Part shown: positions 9,483 through 17,872 of the stretch, piece after piece
Position numbering within the stretch: position 1 is the stretch's first letter
Layout: the number at the start of each line of letters is the position of its first letter
Source: a virus
DNA length: 64,000 bases
Strand: one strand, 5' to 3'
Virus record (IMG/VR): IMGVR_UViG_3300040811_000825
Span: 4,184 to 68,183 of that record
Notes under the pieces: model-generated
The model's input: the letters and a program-made list of their open reading frames with translations, nothing else
Told to the model about the DNA's origin: nothing
Databases searched by the model: none
Program-made: the position numbers and the translations under genes

Positions 9483-9503
9483 TGAGTAGAAGACAAGGCA
9501 TCT

Positions 9504-10178
9504 CTATTTAGGAAGATGTCCGTTCTCGACCAACCATTTGCGAGTCAATGGTGTTGGAGGATAAACTTTCCACATCTCGCCCTTAGCACATGCCTGAAGT
9601 GCTTTCATTGTCATACCTTCAGTAAGTCCAGCCCATTTTGCTTCTGCTTCCCAAGGCACAGCAGATGATGGATAAGTTTTTTCAACCATCTCTCGCCAAA
9701 CCTTAGGAACATCCTCTTCTGGTTTGATGATAGCAATCAGACTATTCTTAATACTGCCTGCCATACAATCTTGTGCTGCGTGCCATCCTTCATGACGCAT
9801 CACAGTCATAAGTGTAGATGGGCGACCCATATATGCTTTGTTCAAGAAAAAGTTATTACTTACAGTATGATAGACACCACGATGTCCTACTGGGAAATAC
9901 TTTTGATCTGCTAGAAACACCTTAACTCCGACTTGATTAAGGGAAACAAGCATGTTGTTGAACTCACCAGAAACATGTGTAAAAGACTCAGTATTGGAAT
10001 ACTGACTAGAAACATCCAAAAGACTAAAGACTTCTTCGACTCCATCGGTGCATTCTCGTAGAATCATACACCCCATGGAATCCATAGTATTATAACCCTT
10101 GGTGATTTTAGAGTTATCCGCCAATGCTGGAGCAGTTAGTGATGCTGCTGCCAACAAACTCATAATGATTTTCTTCAT
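9504..10178 (-). CDS. Secreted HExxH metallopeptidase-like protein
   Basis: Signal peptide; MRHEGWHAAQDC with downstream WEAEA. Confidence 0.75.
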   Translation of the reverse strand: MKKIIMSLLAAASLTAPALADNSKITKGYNTMDSMGCMILRECTDGVEEVFSLLDVSSQYSNTESFTHVSGEFNNMLVSLNQVGVKVFLADQKYFPVGHRGVYHTVSNNFFLNKAYMGRPSTLMTVMRHEGWHAAQDCMAGSIKNSLIAIIKPEEDVPKVWREMVEKTYPSSAVPWEAEAKWAGLTEGMTMKALQACAKGEMWKVYPPTPLTRKWLVENGHLPK

Positions 10179-10426
10179 GGTAGATTAATATTAGGTCCTG
10201 TTGTAGATGGAAGAGCTGGTCCTGTAACTTCTGGGACACTTGGCATAGAAGAATCAATCAATCCAGGAAGTGCTTCTGAAATTGCTTCAACTGCAGCATT
10301 AGCAAGATTTTCCTTTGCCTCTTCTTTCCACTTATCCATATTACTATAAACAAAAACTCCGCCACCAATGACTGCCAATGAAGTCAGTCCTGATAGCAGA
10401 GCAATAACATTAATTACTTTTTGCAT
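10175..10426 (-). CDS. Membrane-anchored protein with Pro-rich tail
   Basis: N-terminal TM. Confidence 0.75.
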   Translation of the reverse strand: MQKVINVIALLSGLTSLAVIGGGVFVYSNMDKWKEEAKENLANAAVEAISEALPGLIDSSMPSVPEVTGPALPSTTGPNINLP

Positions 10427-10631
10427 AATATGCCTCGTAGTATTTTACAATCCCTGCAGTGTGCATATTGCCTTGAGAAACCCAGTCATGGGCACACTCG
10501 TAGATAGATTGGTTTGAATATTTAGGTGTTACTCCCTCCATTTGATGACCAAACTTTGCTAACAAGACTTTAAGTGCTTGTTCTCGCACTTTCATTTTAT
10601 CACCACTATAACGCCAATCATCAAGACTCAT
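10410..10631 (-). CDS. Hypothetical protein
   Basis: Start moved to ATG 10631 (MSLDDWRY; ATGA overlap). Confidence 0.7.
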   Translation of the reverse strand: MSLDDWRYSGDKMKVREQALKVLLAKFGHQMEGVTPKYSNQSIYECAHDWVSQGNMHTAGIVKYYEAYYAKSN

Positions 10632-11020
10632 CGAAATTGCCCCAATCCAGTACCAGATTGCCAAACATTTTCGGAGCCACCTTGAGTTTCTCCCACAGTA
10701 GTCCAGGAAGAAGTGGCCATTTCATACATCACTTGATGAATGTTTTCTGGTTCATTATTTTGATTGTTTTCTTCTTCACGACGTGCTGCTTCCTCAAGCA
10801 TTTCCTCATGAGTAATTTGCTTTTCAGTTTTTACAGGCTCAATACTAGAGTCAACAAACCATTCATCGATAGGCATAATCACTGGAGCAGGAACTCCCAG
10901 ATAAGGAGGTTCTGGATCATTTAGTTGATCGCAGTCAACTTTTTCTTCATCAATTGTACATTCCAATTCACTTTTAGAAATGAAGAAGGATTTAATGAAG
11001 TTTGTAACGGTGTTAATCAT
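10628..11020 (-). CDS. Acidic hypothetical protein
   Basis: ORF track; coupled overlaps on both sides. Confidence 0.75.
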   Translation of the reverse strand: MINTVTNFIKSFFISKSELECTIDEEKVDCDQLNDPEPPYLGVPAPVIMPIDEWFVDSSIEPVKTEKQITHEEMLEEAARREEENNQNNEPENIHQVMYEMATSSWTTVGETQGGSENVWQSGTGLGQFR

Positions 11021-11622
11021 GCAAATACCATCTTTTTAGTATAATCATATGCGTACAGTTCACGATGACCTTTGATTCCCCATCCTAACCAATAATAGGC
11101 AGGAACCATATATTGAGAAACTGTACGACCAGTACCTTCAAACTCTGGAAGGTAACGTTGGAACACAGATTCGTTGATCATGTATGCCGTTTGTCCCTCT
11201 AGTGAAGAAGGATCATAACCATATTTAGTAGCAAACTTGCCAAGATTATTGTAGCGTCCTATTGAGGTCCACTGAATAAGACCATAACCCCCACTATGGC
11301 AAGCGTTGTAAGGAACTCTAGCCCCTCCCTCGCATATGTTGGGATGGAAGTTGCTTTCCGATTTAATGTTTCCCATGATCGTAGCAAGTGCATTGCGATC
11401 TGTGATTCGGGTTTTCTCTTGGAGTTGTTCAAGAACATATTGCTCATTTTTATTGCAAGTAGGACACTTCCACTCCTTCTCTACCACCTCAATGGTGACT
11501 GCTTTCTCCTCATTAACAGTCACGTCAACGGTGGGAGGATTCTTAATCTCACTGATACTTGGATAAGCACAAGCAGCAGGGATAGATGTGATCAAAGCAA
11601 GTGGAAGAATTTTGTTAAGCAT
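11017..11622 (-). CDS. Lysozyme-like cell wall hydrolase (phage tail lysozyme family) with a signal or lipoprotein-like N-terminus
   Basis: ATIMGNIKSESNF and GYGLIQWT motifs; MLNKILPLALITSIPAAC. Confidence 0.8.
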   Translation of the reverse strand: MLNKILPLALITSIPAACAYPSISEIKNPPTVDVTVNEEKAVTIEVVEKEWKCPTCNKNEQYVLEQLQEKTRITDRNALATIMGNIKSESNFHPNICEGGARVPYNACHSGGYGLIQWTSIGRYNNLGKFATKYGYDPSSLEGQTAYMINESVFQRYLPEFEGTGRTVSQYMVPAYYWLGWGIKGHRELYAYDYTKKMVFA

Positions 11623-11679
11623 AAAAATGAATAGAATTCGACATCCGTTATAGAGATTTTACACCCCTTACAGTACAAT

Positions 11680-11735
11680 AAAAAGGAGGCGACTAACCTC
11701 CCAGGAATTATAGTCTATTTGATTATGTTTGTCAA
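11680..11735 (-). promoter_or_regulatory. Consensus sigma70 promoter overlapping an intrinsic terminator
   Basis: TTGACA-N17-TATAAT, then GGAGG-ttagtcg-CCTCC-TTTTT. Confidence 0.75.
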
Positions 11736-11860
11736 GGAGTGGGGACAGTGGCAGGAATCATCATCCCACCACTCATGTCGTCGTCATCATCAACGTCAGT
11801 ATCGCTAAATGCAGAATGAATTATAAATGCACCTAACATACAGGTCGCTAACAACAACAT
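11732..11860 (-). CDS. Small membrane peptide with a DDDDDMSGGMMIP tail (42 aa)
   Basis: Manual translation; TGATG-coupled to hli. Confidence 0.65.
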   Translation of the reverse strand: MLLLATCMLGAFIIHSAFSDTDVDDDDDMSGGMMIPATVPTP

Positions 11861-11970
11861 CACCATACTCCTGGAATGACCTGGCCAGTGCTGAAGTAAG
11901 ATACTACTGCCGCAACGAATCCAATCATCGCTGCGCGACCATTCAATTTTTCTGCTTTGTCATTAAACAT
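11860..11970 (-). CDS. hli: High-light-inducible protein (36 aa)
   Basis: MFNDKAEKLNGRAAMIGFVAAVVSYFSTGQVIPGVW: AExxNGRxAMIGF and TGQxIPG motifs. Not in the ORF track. Confidence 0.93.
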   Translation of the reverse strand: MFNDKAEKLNGRAAMIGFVAAVVSYFSTGQVIPGVW

Positions 11971-12118
11971 TGTTTTTTTCCTCTAGTGTTTTGTTTGTAA
12001 TGATGATTTTATTACCATCATGAGTGAATTGTAGATCATCATCAGGATGCCACAGTAACTCTTGATACATGTCATCGAGTTTCTGCATATCCTGATAAAG
12101 TGCGTTTGGATTAGGCAT
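11963..12118 (-). CDS. Hypothetical protein (51 aa)
   Basis: Start moved to MPNPNALYQD. Confidence 0.65.
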   Translation of the reverse strand: MPNPNALYQDMQKLDDMYQELLWHPDDDLQFTHDGNKIIITNKTLEEKNNV

Positions 12119-12401
12119 ACTGATCGAATAACTTTCTAATGTTTTGAGTGATTTGCATACCTCCAATTTTTTCTTCAAGTTTCAATCCAGAGGGCGATGC
12201 AATAATTAATACTGGTGTAGCCGTAACACCGTACTTGGATGCAAGGTCAAGATTCTCTTGAGGGATTGGGGTATCACTAAAATCTTCAAGGTCTACTTTC
12301 TCTAAAAGAGAAGTGCGTTCATCTTTGATGGAGGACATGTATTTATCCACCAACTTACAAGGTCCACAAGATTCTTTTGAAAAAAGATAAAATTTATTCA
12401 T
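12111..12401 (-). CDS. Thioredoxin/glutaredoxin-like protein
   Basis: CGPC active site; YGVTATP cis-Pro motif. Confidence 0.85.
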   Translation of the reverse strand: MNKFYLFSKESCGPCKLVDKYMSSIKDERTSLLEKVDLEDFSDTPIPQENLDLASKYGVTATPVLIIASPSGLKLEEKIGGMQITQNIRKLFDQYA

Positions 12402-12616
12402 GGGAGTTCAAGAAAAAATTTGGTATTATCACCACGGGTATTTTCATAGAGAGAACTGTCACCATAGATTTTATGATCTTTGTATCCTACCATACGACCC
12501 TTTGTATTTTGAAGGGCTGGCATAAATGCGATAATAAAAAATACTGCAGGAGCACCAACTAAAAGTGCTCCACCAATAACATAATAAGTCAGAAGTTCAA
12601 TCAAAGAAGTTTCCAT
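12398..12616 (-). CDS. Small membrane protein
   Basis: Single long TM segment. Confidence 0.7.
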   Translation of the reverse strand: METSLIELLTYYVIGGALLVGAPAVFFIIAFMPALQNTKGRMVGYKDHKIYGDSSLYENTRGDNTKFFLELP

Positions 12617-12702
12617 CAATAAGTCTCACAAAGTTGTTGTACTGAATAACCTAAAAGGACAAAAAATGCAACTGAAGTTGCAGTAAAAAGTGTTGCTGTC
12701 AT
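12616..12702 (-). CDS. Micro membrane peptide (28 aa)
   Basis: MTATLFTATSVAFFVLLGYSVQQLCETY; TGATG coupling at both ends. Confidence 0.6.
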   Translation of the reverse strand: MTATLFTATSVAFFVLLGYSVQQLCETY

Positions 12703-12905
12703 CAGAAGATGCCAAAGAAAAACTTGCCAGTGATAGCGTATGAAAGGAAACCAGAGATGATACCCATCATCGCCCAGCGACCATTGTAACGCTCGATATA
12801 TTCATAAGGAGTATCCAGACCTTTGGAATGATAGGACTCGATTACCATTTCGGGCTCTTTTGCCCACATGTTCATCTGTCCTTGATCGTTAGTTGTTACA
12901 GTCAT
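12702..12905 (-). CDS. hli: High-light-inducible protein
   Basis: N-terminal NMWAKEP; ERYNGRWAMMG; TGKFFFGIF. Confidence 0.9.
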   Translation of the reverse strand: MTVTTNDQGQMNMWAKEPEMVIESYHSKGLDTPYEYIERYNGRWAMMGIISGFLSYAITGKFFFGIF

Positions 12906-12959
12906 GTTACATCCTGTTATAAATCTTTACATATTATATATTAAAAAAGAACCTCTGTC
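12906..12959 (-). promoter_or_regulatory. hli promoter with HLR1-like (RpaB) direct repeats
   Basis: TTGACA-N17-TATAAT; + strand GTTACATC-ct-GTTATAAA-tc-TTTACATA at a 10-bp period. Confidence 0.65.
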
Positions 12960-12974
12960 AAGAGGCTCTTTGTG

Positions 12975-13160
12975 TCAATTATAACCATTTACGATATTTT
13001 TACAAGTTTTCATGTTCTTTTTACAGAATGCCCTGACATAACTATCAGTGTCAAATTCCATTGTGTAATGGGCATGAGTGTGAAGTCCCTGAACTAAAAT
13101 CAAAAAACCCACAATCAAAAGATTAAGGTGAGTTACTGGGGAAAAAAGAAATCTTTTCAT
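12975..13160 (-). CDS. Hypothetical membrane protein
   Basis: Start moved to MKRFLFSP, downstream of the terminator. Confidence 0.65.
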   Translation of the reverse strand: MKRFLFSPVTHLNLLIVGFLILVQGLHTHAHYTMEFDTDSYVRAFCKKNMKTCKNIVNGYN

Positions 13161-13188
13161 AAAAAAAGAGGGGCCTTGAAGACCCCTC
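13161..13188 (-). terminator. Intrinsic terminator
   Basis: GAGGGG-tcttcaagg-CCCCTC-T7. Confidence 0.85.
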
Positions 13189-13205
13189 AATTTTAGCATG
13201 GTTTA

Positions 13206-13577
13206 TCAGAAGGAGTACTTCAGACCCAGCTTAGCACCGTAACCACGGTCGATGTCCTTGTCGCCAGAACCAACGAACGAAACTTCGCCGTAAGCACCCA
13301 GTGCATCAGTTACAGCAACGCCAAGACCTGCCTTACCAGAAGGAACGGTATCGCTTTCGCCACCATCAGGGGAGACGATTGTAGCGCCACCTTGGACATA
13401 GTAAGAAGTCTTCTCGCCAAGAGCACCTTCGTAACCAACATGAAGGTCGGTAGCAGTGCCGTTGTAGTCGCTACCGGTCCAACCAGAGTTAGCTTCCACA
13501 TTGACATAAGGACCTGCAAAAGCAGCGCCGGCAGACATGGACAGAGCAGCAGTCGCTGCGAATACAGATTTGATCAT
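13206..13577 (-). CDS. Small outer-membrane beta-barrel (porin-like) protein
   Basis: Signal peptide ending AFA; alternating beta pattern; C-terminal KYSF; GAGG RBS. Confidence 0.75.
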   Translation of the reverse strand: MIKSVFAATAALSMSAGAAFAGPYVNVEANSGWTGSDYNGTATDLHVGYEGALGEKTSYYVQGGATIVSPDGGESDTVPSGKAGLGVAVTDALGAYGEVSFVGSGDKDIDRGYGAKLGLKYSF

Positions 13578-13750
13578 TTTAGATACCTCTTAAATTTACT
13601 TGCGGAATGATTACCCGCAGATGAAGGGGGAGTTCGACTTTCCCCGCTTGAACATTATAACACAGAACCGTTGCGAGTAGTTGAGGCATTGGTCGGTGAA
13701 CTGGCACATGTGCCAATTGTTATTTATCTTAACAGATTTTTAGATGTCTG

Positions 13751-14569
13751 TCAAGTTGGTGGGTTTCCCGAATTTTGTGCTGCTTTCGCGGCAGAGTTTT
13801 CAGTAATCCGACCAAGATAAGGATCATAGTTCATATGGTCCCTAATGTCAATACTAGCACCACTTTGTTGCCACCAGTTAAGAAGAGCATCATGTGGTGC
13901 CTTGTGGAACACGCCAACATGTTCCTGATGTATTGTAGAACCAAAGTTCAAATTATACAGAAAAATGGGAATCGTATAAGTTCTACCAGTCTCAAGAATA
14001 ACATCTTCAGACACGGCTCTGGGTTTGACTCCATTGTCCAATTTAAACTTATCACCACGAACGTGGTTCTTAATAATCTTAGCGGCATGATGCCTAGAAA
14101 TTAAGTAGACCGCTGCAGAGAAGTCATTGATAAACTTAAGGTGCAGTTTAACATGAATATCTCCTGTACAAATAGTAGTCAACTGAAGACAGTCCCAATC
14201 ATATGGGACAAGACTGAAAAATTCTTTCCAGGTGAAGTTCCAGTATCTTGCAATATCAAAATTAACATCATCCTCAACAATCATACAATAATCATCGTCG
14301 GTCTCTTCATAGAAATGCTTGATTGCTTTAAGATGACTCAGACAACAACCAAGTTCTCCAGGAGTAATGTTATCAGGAACTCTACCTTTTAGGTGATAAG
14401 CAACATCGTCATCACGGCCATCAAAACCAGAAATGCGAGTATGATTAGTGATTTTCCAATAATCAAACTGTTGTTCCATATAAATGCGACGTTGTTCGTC
14501 AGCATCAAGGTTTAACCAATAGATGTGTGGAATACCTTGTAACTTGAAAGCAGATTTATTTTTATCCAT
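13751..14569 (-). CDS. Glycosyltransferase family 25
   Basis: YWLNLD...RR, GELGCCLSHL, IVEDD motifs. Confidence 0.88.
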   Translation of the reverse strand: MDKNKSAFKLQGIPHIYWLNLDADEQRRIYMEQQFDYWKITNHTRISGFDGRDDDVAYHLKGRVPDNITPGELGCCLSHLKAIKHFYEETDDDYCMIVEDDVNFDIARYWNFTWKEFFSLVPYDWDCLQLTTICTGDIHVKLHLKFINDFSAAVYLISRHHAAKIIKNHVRGDKFKLDNGVKPRAVSEDVILETGRTYTIPIFLYNLNFGSTIHQEHVGVFHKAPHDALLNWWQQSGASIDIRDHMNYDPYLGRITENSAAKAAQNSGNPPT

Positions 14570-14571
14570 TA

Positions 14572-16116
14572 TCAAAAATACTTGGTCAGTTTTTCTCTAT
14601 CTCCTTTGATGTAAGAGATACATTCCTTCAGATCGTCTTGGAGACTATTCCAAAGTCCTGCCATCTCTTCGCCTGCAGAATTCTTATTGTAGTTAGTTCC
14701 TTTGGCGTGTTGAATCTGGTGGGCATAGTCACGGATGACTGGTCTACCTTTTAAGAAGGAGATACCGTTCATCACTAGATCCCATCCCCAACCCATCTTC
14801 ATGCGTTCGTGGGTCATAACGTCAGGTAGGCCTCTTTCATAGTATTCATCAATGATGTCTCTATGCACAAACCATACCGTCTCGTCAGTGCAAGCAACCA
14901 TCTTGATATTTTCATCTTCCGATTCAATACCATCGATATCGGTGTGCTCAGGCGTATACCAGACGTTTGTTACATCAGGGGCATACACACCCCACTCATA
15001 CAGATTATAATACTTTCTTGCGTCTTTTACAAGTTGTTCGTAATTATCGAATACTGTATCGCCCTGACAATGCATTAGAACTTTTTTGTCGGGTTTTAAA
15101 AGAGCAAGTGCCGTTCTGAATTGCATTGTAAAATATGCTTCATCACCAAGATTAATCCAACCTTCGCGAGTATTCTCTTCGTCACTATTGATAACAGTCA
15201 CTTCACCAAAGATTTCTTTCAGAGAATCTTCAATCGCGCAAGTCTTCTCAAACTGATTTCTCCAGTTAAAGATGAATGGTTGAATGTCCTTGGTTCTAAT
15301 CTGTGGGAACCTTTCAATATATCCGTGCTCACTAAAGTCACGATGATCTCCGTGGTCATTACTACTATCCAAATCCTGATAAAGAGTCTCCAGGAATGGA
15401 TTCAGAATGCGTGCATAGTTTGTGATGTTGGATGACTTTCCAATCATCGTCCTACACATCGACAGAGTAGTTGCATCAATCAAAACCTCATCTCCAGCCA
15501 GAATCCTCTCAGGAGAGTTTGGTTGTGCCTGAATGGAATAGTGTAGGCCTGCCCTACTCATCGTTCTCTGGTGGTCATAGCAGTGAATCTCAACATCCTT
15601 AAATCTTTCTTTGAAGATGTCAACAATATCTGTCTGGTCTGTGGCAAGAAAGATGCCTTCATAATCACCAGACTCAAGTTCTTCTGCTGCTGCATTCAGA
15701 TACTTTTCTACACCAACAAACTCAGTATGGCCAACTCCATCAGTGCCGCGATAGTGTACACCCAAACAATTTGCATATTTCTCTGTTGGAATACCATCAA
15801 TGATTGATTGCATTCTATCATTGAAGGGGAGATATTGTCTGTATTTGTTAAGATCAAAGTCTCTGAAAGAACCCCAAGGATAATCACAATCAAACAAGTC
15901 TTGCGTATTTGCTACCTGCGGTGCATCATCAGATACCTTGTCAGAATCAAACCAGTTGTTTGGATTGCCATACAACATAAACATTGAAGGATCAACACAG
16001 ACCTTATTCAGATCTACTCCTGCTCTCTCAAGTGCTCTGTATCCAGTCAAAATAGTGATAAAGTTGGAAAGGAAACCTCGATGATTACCCTCCGTCAATC
16101 TAATCTCAAAAGTCAT
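14572..16116 (-). CDS. Two-domain glycosyltransferase (NodZ/fucosyltransferase-like N-terminal domain plus a second GT-like domain)
   Basis: RGFLSNF, GVHYRGTD, IFLATD, SSNI motifs; C-terminal domain with MGWGWD. Confidence 0.7.
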   Translation of the reverse strand: MTFEIRLTEGNHRGFLSNFITILTGYRALERAGVDLNKVCVDPSMFMLYGNPNNWFDSDKVSDDAPQVANTQDLFDCDYPWGSFRDFDLNKYRQYLPFNDRMQSIIDGIPTEKYANCLGVHYRGTDGVGHTEFVGVEKYLNAAAEELESGDYEGIFLATDQTDIVDIFKERFKDVEIHCYDHQRTMSRAGLHYSIQAQPNSPERILAGDEVLIDATTLSMCRTMIGKSSNITNYARILNPFLETLYQDLDSSNDHGDHRDFSEHGYIERFPQIRTKDIQPFIFNWRNQFEKTCAIEDSLKEIFGEVTVINSDEENTREGWINLGDEAYFTMQFRTALALLKPDKKVLMHCQGDTVFDNYEQLVKDARKYYNLYEWGVYAPDVTNVWYTPEHTDIDGIESEDENIKMVACTDETVWFVHRDIIDEYYERGLPDVMTHERMKMGWGWDLVMNGISFLKGRPVIRDYAHQIQHAKGTNYNKNSAGEEMAGLWNSLQDDLKECISYIKGDREKLTKYF

Positions 16117-16117
16117 T

Positions 16118-16474
16118 TCAGTCTCCTTTTAATACGCGATAACTATCTTCTTCAAAATGTTGTGTAGAAAATTCAAATAATTCAGATGGTTCAATAGCAA
16201 TCATCTGATGTCTAAGGCCACGATAGATGTGAAACTTGTCTCCTGGTGAAAGAACAATATCCTTTGCGCCCTCAAGACTATCAGTCTCTCCATAATACAA
16301 AAGAAGTTTACCAGATTGGAGGTAAAATGTCTCGTCCTTAAGTTTGTGATAATGCCAAGAGCATCTCTTCCCCTCTTCAAAGAAGAGAAGTTTGCCACAA
16401 TACTCATCAGTATTGACAATCCACTTTTCGTGTCCCCATCCTTTGGGAACAAACTTAATCTCCGAAGAAGTCAT
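16118..16474 (-). CDS. Cupin sugar isomerase (mannose-6-phosphate isomerase-like)
   Basis: KGWGHE, SWHYHKLKDETFY, HQM motifs. Confidence 0.85.
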   Translation of the reverse strand: MTSSEIKFVPKGWGHEKWIVNTDEYCGKLLFFEEGKRCSWHYHKLKDETFYLQSGKLLLYYGETDSLEGAKDIVLSPGDKFHIYRGLRHQMIAIEPSELFEFSTQHFEEDSYRVLKGD

Positions 16475-16787
16475 CAGAGTTTACCCCTTTATCGTCAATG
16501 TAATAGTCACCAGAGGGCTTACCTAAGAATAATTGATGATACTTACATCCCCACAATCTTAGTTGTATTTCTGTAAATTCGTAGAATTCTTTCTTTGCCA
16601 GATCAGCATTATTTTTATACCGACCCATTCCTCTGGCAGTGAGATATACGATGGTGTGTCCCTCGTCGTATAGTTTATTTATTCTATCAATTCTACCTTG
16701 AATCGGCAACGCTTCAGTGTAGCGTGTCTCTTCAGTTGTACCAGGTGTACAAATAGTTCCGTCAATGTCTACAACGTATCTCATCAA
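16455..16787 (-). CDS. HAD-family phosphatase (capsule-biosynthesis type)
   Basis: DIDGTI, TARG, GKP..DYYIDDK. Confidence 0.85.
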   Translation of the reverse strand: MMRYVVDIDGTICTPGTTEETRYTEALPIQGRIDRINKLYDEGHTIVYLTARGMGRYKNNADLAKKEFYEFTEIQLRLWGCKYHQLFLGKPSGDYYIDDKGVNSDDFFGD

Positions 16788-17559
16788 TATCTTTTTGATT
16801 TAGTATGTAAGTCCCAAAATTAGATACAGCAATTGATGCTGCTTTGTTTGCATATGGTATGGCAATTTCTATTTTACCATATAAAAGATAAAAGTAAACT
16901 AAAGCAGATAAGAAAGTATCACCCGCACCACATACATCGTATGTACTTACATTTTCTCCTGGATATAGTGTGCCTCGATATTCTGCGCCTTTAGATCCTC
17001 TTGTAATAATCAAATTATCATGGTTAGCATTTTGCAACTTGTCATACTCATGATTGTTGATTTTGATAAAAGCATCATCTACTGGAAGAACTGTTTTCTT
17101 ACTATCAATAAAGATAGGGCCATCAAACCATTCTACCAATTCAAATAATCGTCTAGATGTGATAAATCCCTTATCATAATCGGATATGACAAGGGCATTG
17201 AATCTTTCTTGTGGGAGATCATACCCCAAAGGTTTGAGTTCTCCTTCAGTATCAACTCTCAATATCTGTTGACTATATCGCTCATCAATATATCGTGTCT
17301 TGAAGATATTCTCTTTCTGAGTAATTGTAGTAACATCCAGACCAAATGCCTGAAGGTTGTTCCTGACGTTATACACCATTCCATCTACACGTTCCTGCCT
17401 TGTATATTTGAGGATAGGAACAGGTGCCTCTGGGTTGATTCTATCGCAGGTTCCATAGACATATTGGTCTATGCAACTATCACCGATAAGAAGAACCTTG
17501 AATTGTTTTTGTAGTGGAGTAATCTCCGATCCTATCGAAGAATCTGACTTCTTTTGCAT
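16762..17559 (-). CDS. HldE/RfaE-type sugar kinase domain (PfkB family)
   Basis: IGDSCIDQY, RINPEAPVP, ISDYDKG, DVCGAGDTF. Confidence 0.9.
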   Translation of the reverse strand: MQKKSDSSIGSEITPLQKQFKVLLIGDSCIDQYVYGTCDRINPEAPVPILKYTRQERVDGMVYNVRNNLQAFGLDVTTITQKENIFKTRYIDERYSQQILRVDTEGELKPLGYDLPQERFNALVISDYDKGFITSRRLFELVEWFDGPIFIDSKKTVLPVDDAFIKINNHEYDKLQNANHDNLIITRGSKGAEYRGTLYPGENVSTYDVCGAGDTFLSALVYFYLLYGKIEIAIPYANKAASIAVSNFGTYILNQKDIDEIRCRH

Positions 17560-17872
17560 ATTGAGAACCTACGACTTCCTTACCTTTCCAATCAGAACCA
17601 ACAACCATTATATCAGGTTTAATAGCCTCAACCAATCTTTCCAATTCTTCTTTCGTATTAAAAGTGTATACCGTATCAACACCTTTAATGCAACACATTT
17701 GATAGACTCTATCTTCAAGAGGATAAATTGGTCTATCAGAACCTTTTGCCTGTGCTACTTTTTCATCAGTATCTAGAGCAACAGAAAGTTGCCCCAAACT
17801 AGAAGCATATTGAAGCATTGAGAAATGTCCCTTATGTAGAACATCAAAACAACCATTAACGAAGACTTTCAT
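17480..17872 (-). CDS. HldE/RfaE-type nucleotidyltransferase domain
   Basis: NGCFDVLHKGH, KGSDRPI, GSDW, YSTT. Confidence 0.9.
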   Translation of the reverse strand: MKVFVNGCFDVLHKGHFSMLQYASSLGQLSVALDTDEKVAQAKGSDRPIYPLEDRVYQMCCIKGVDTVYTFNTKEELERLVEAIKPDIMVVGSDWKGKEVVGSQYAKEVRFFDRIGDYSTTKTIQGSSYR

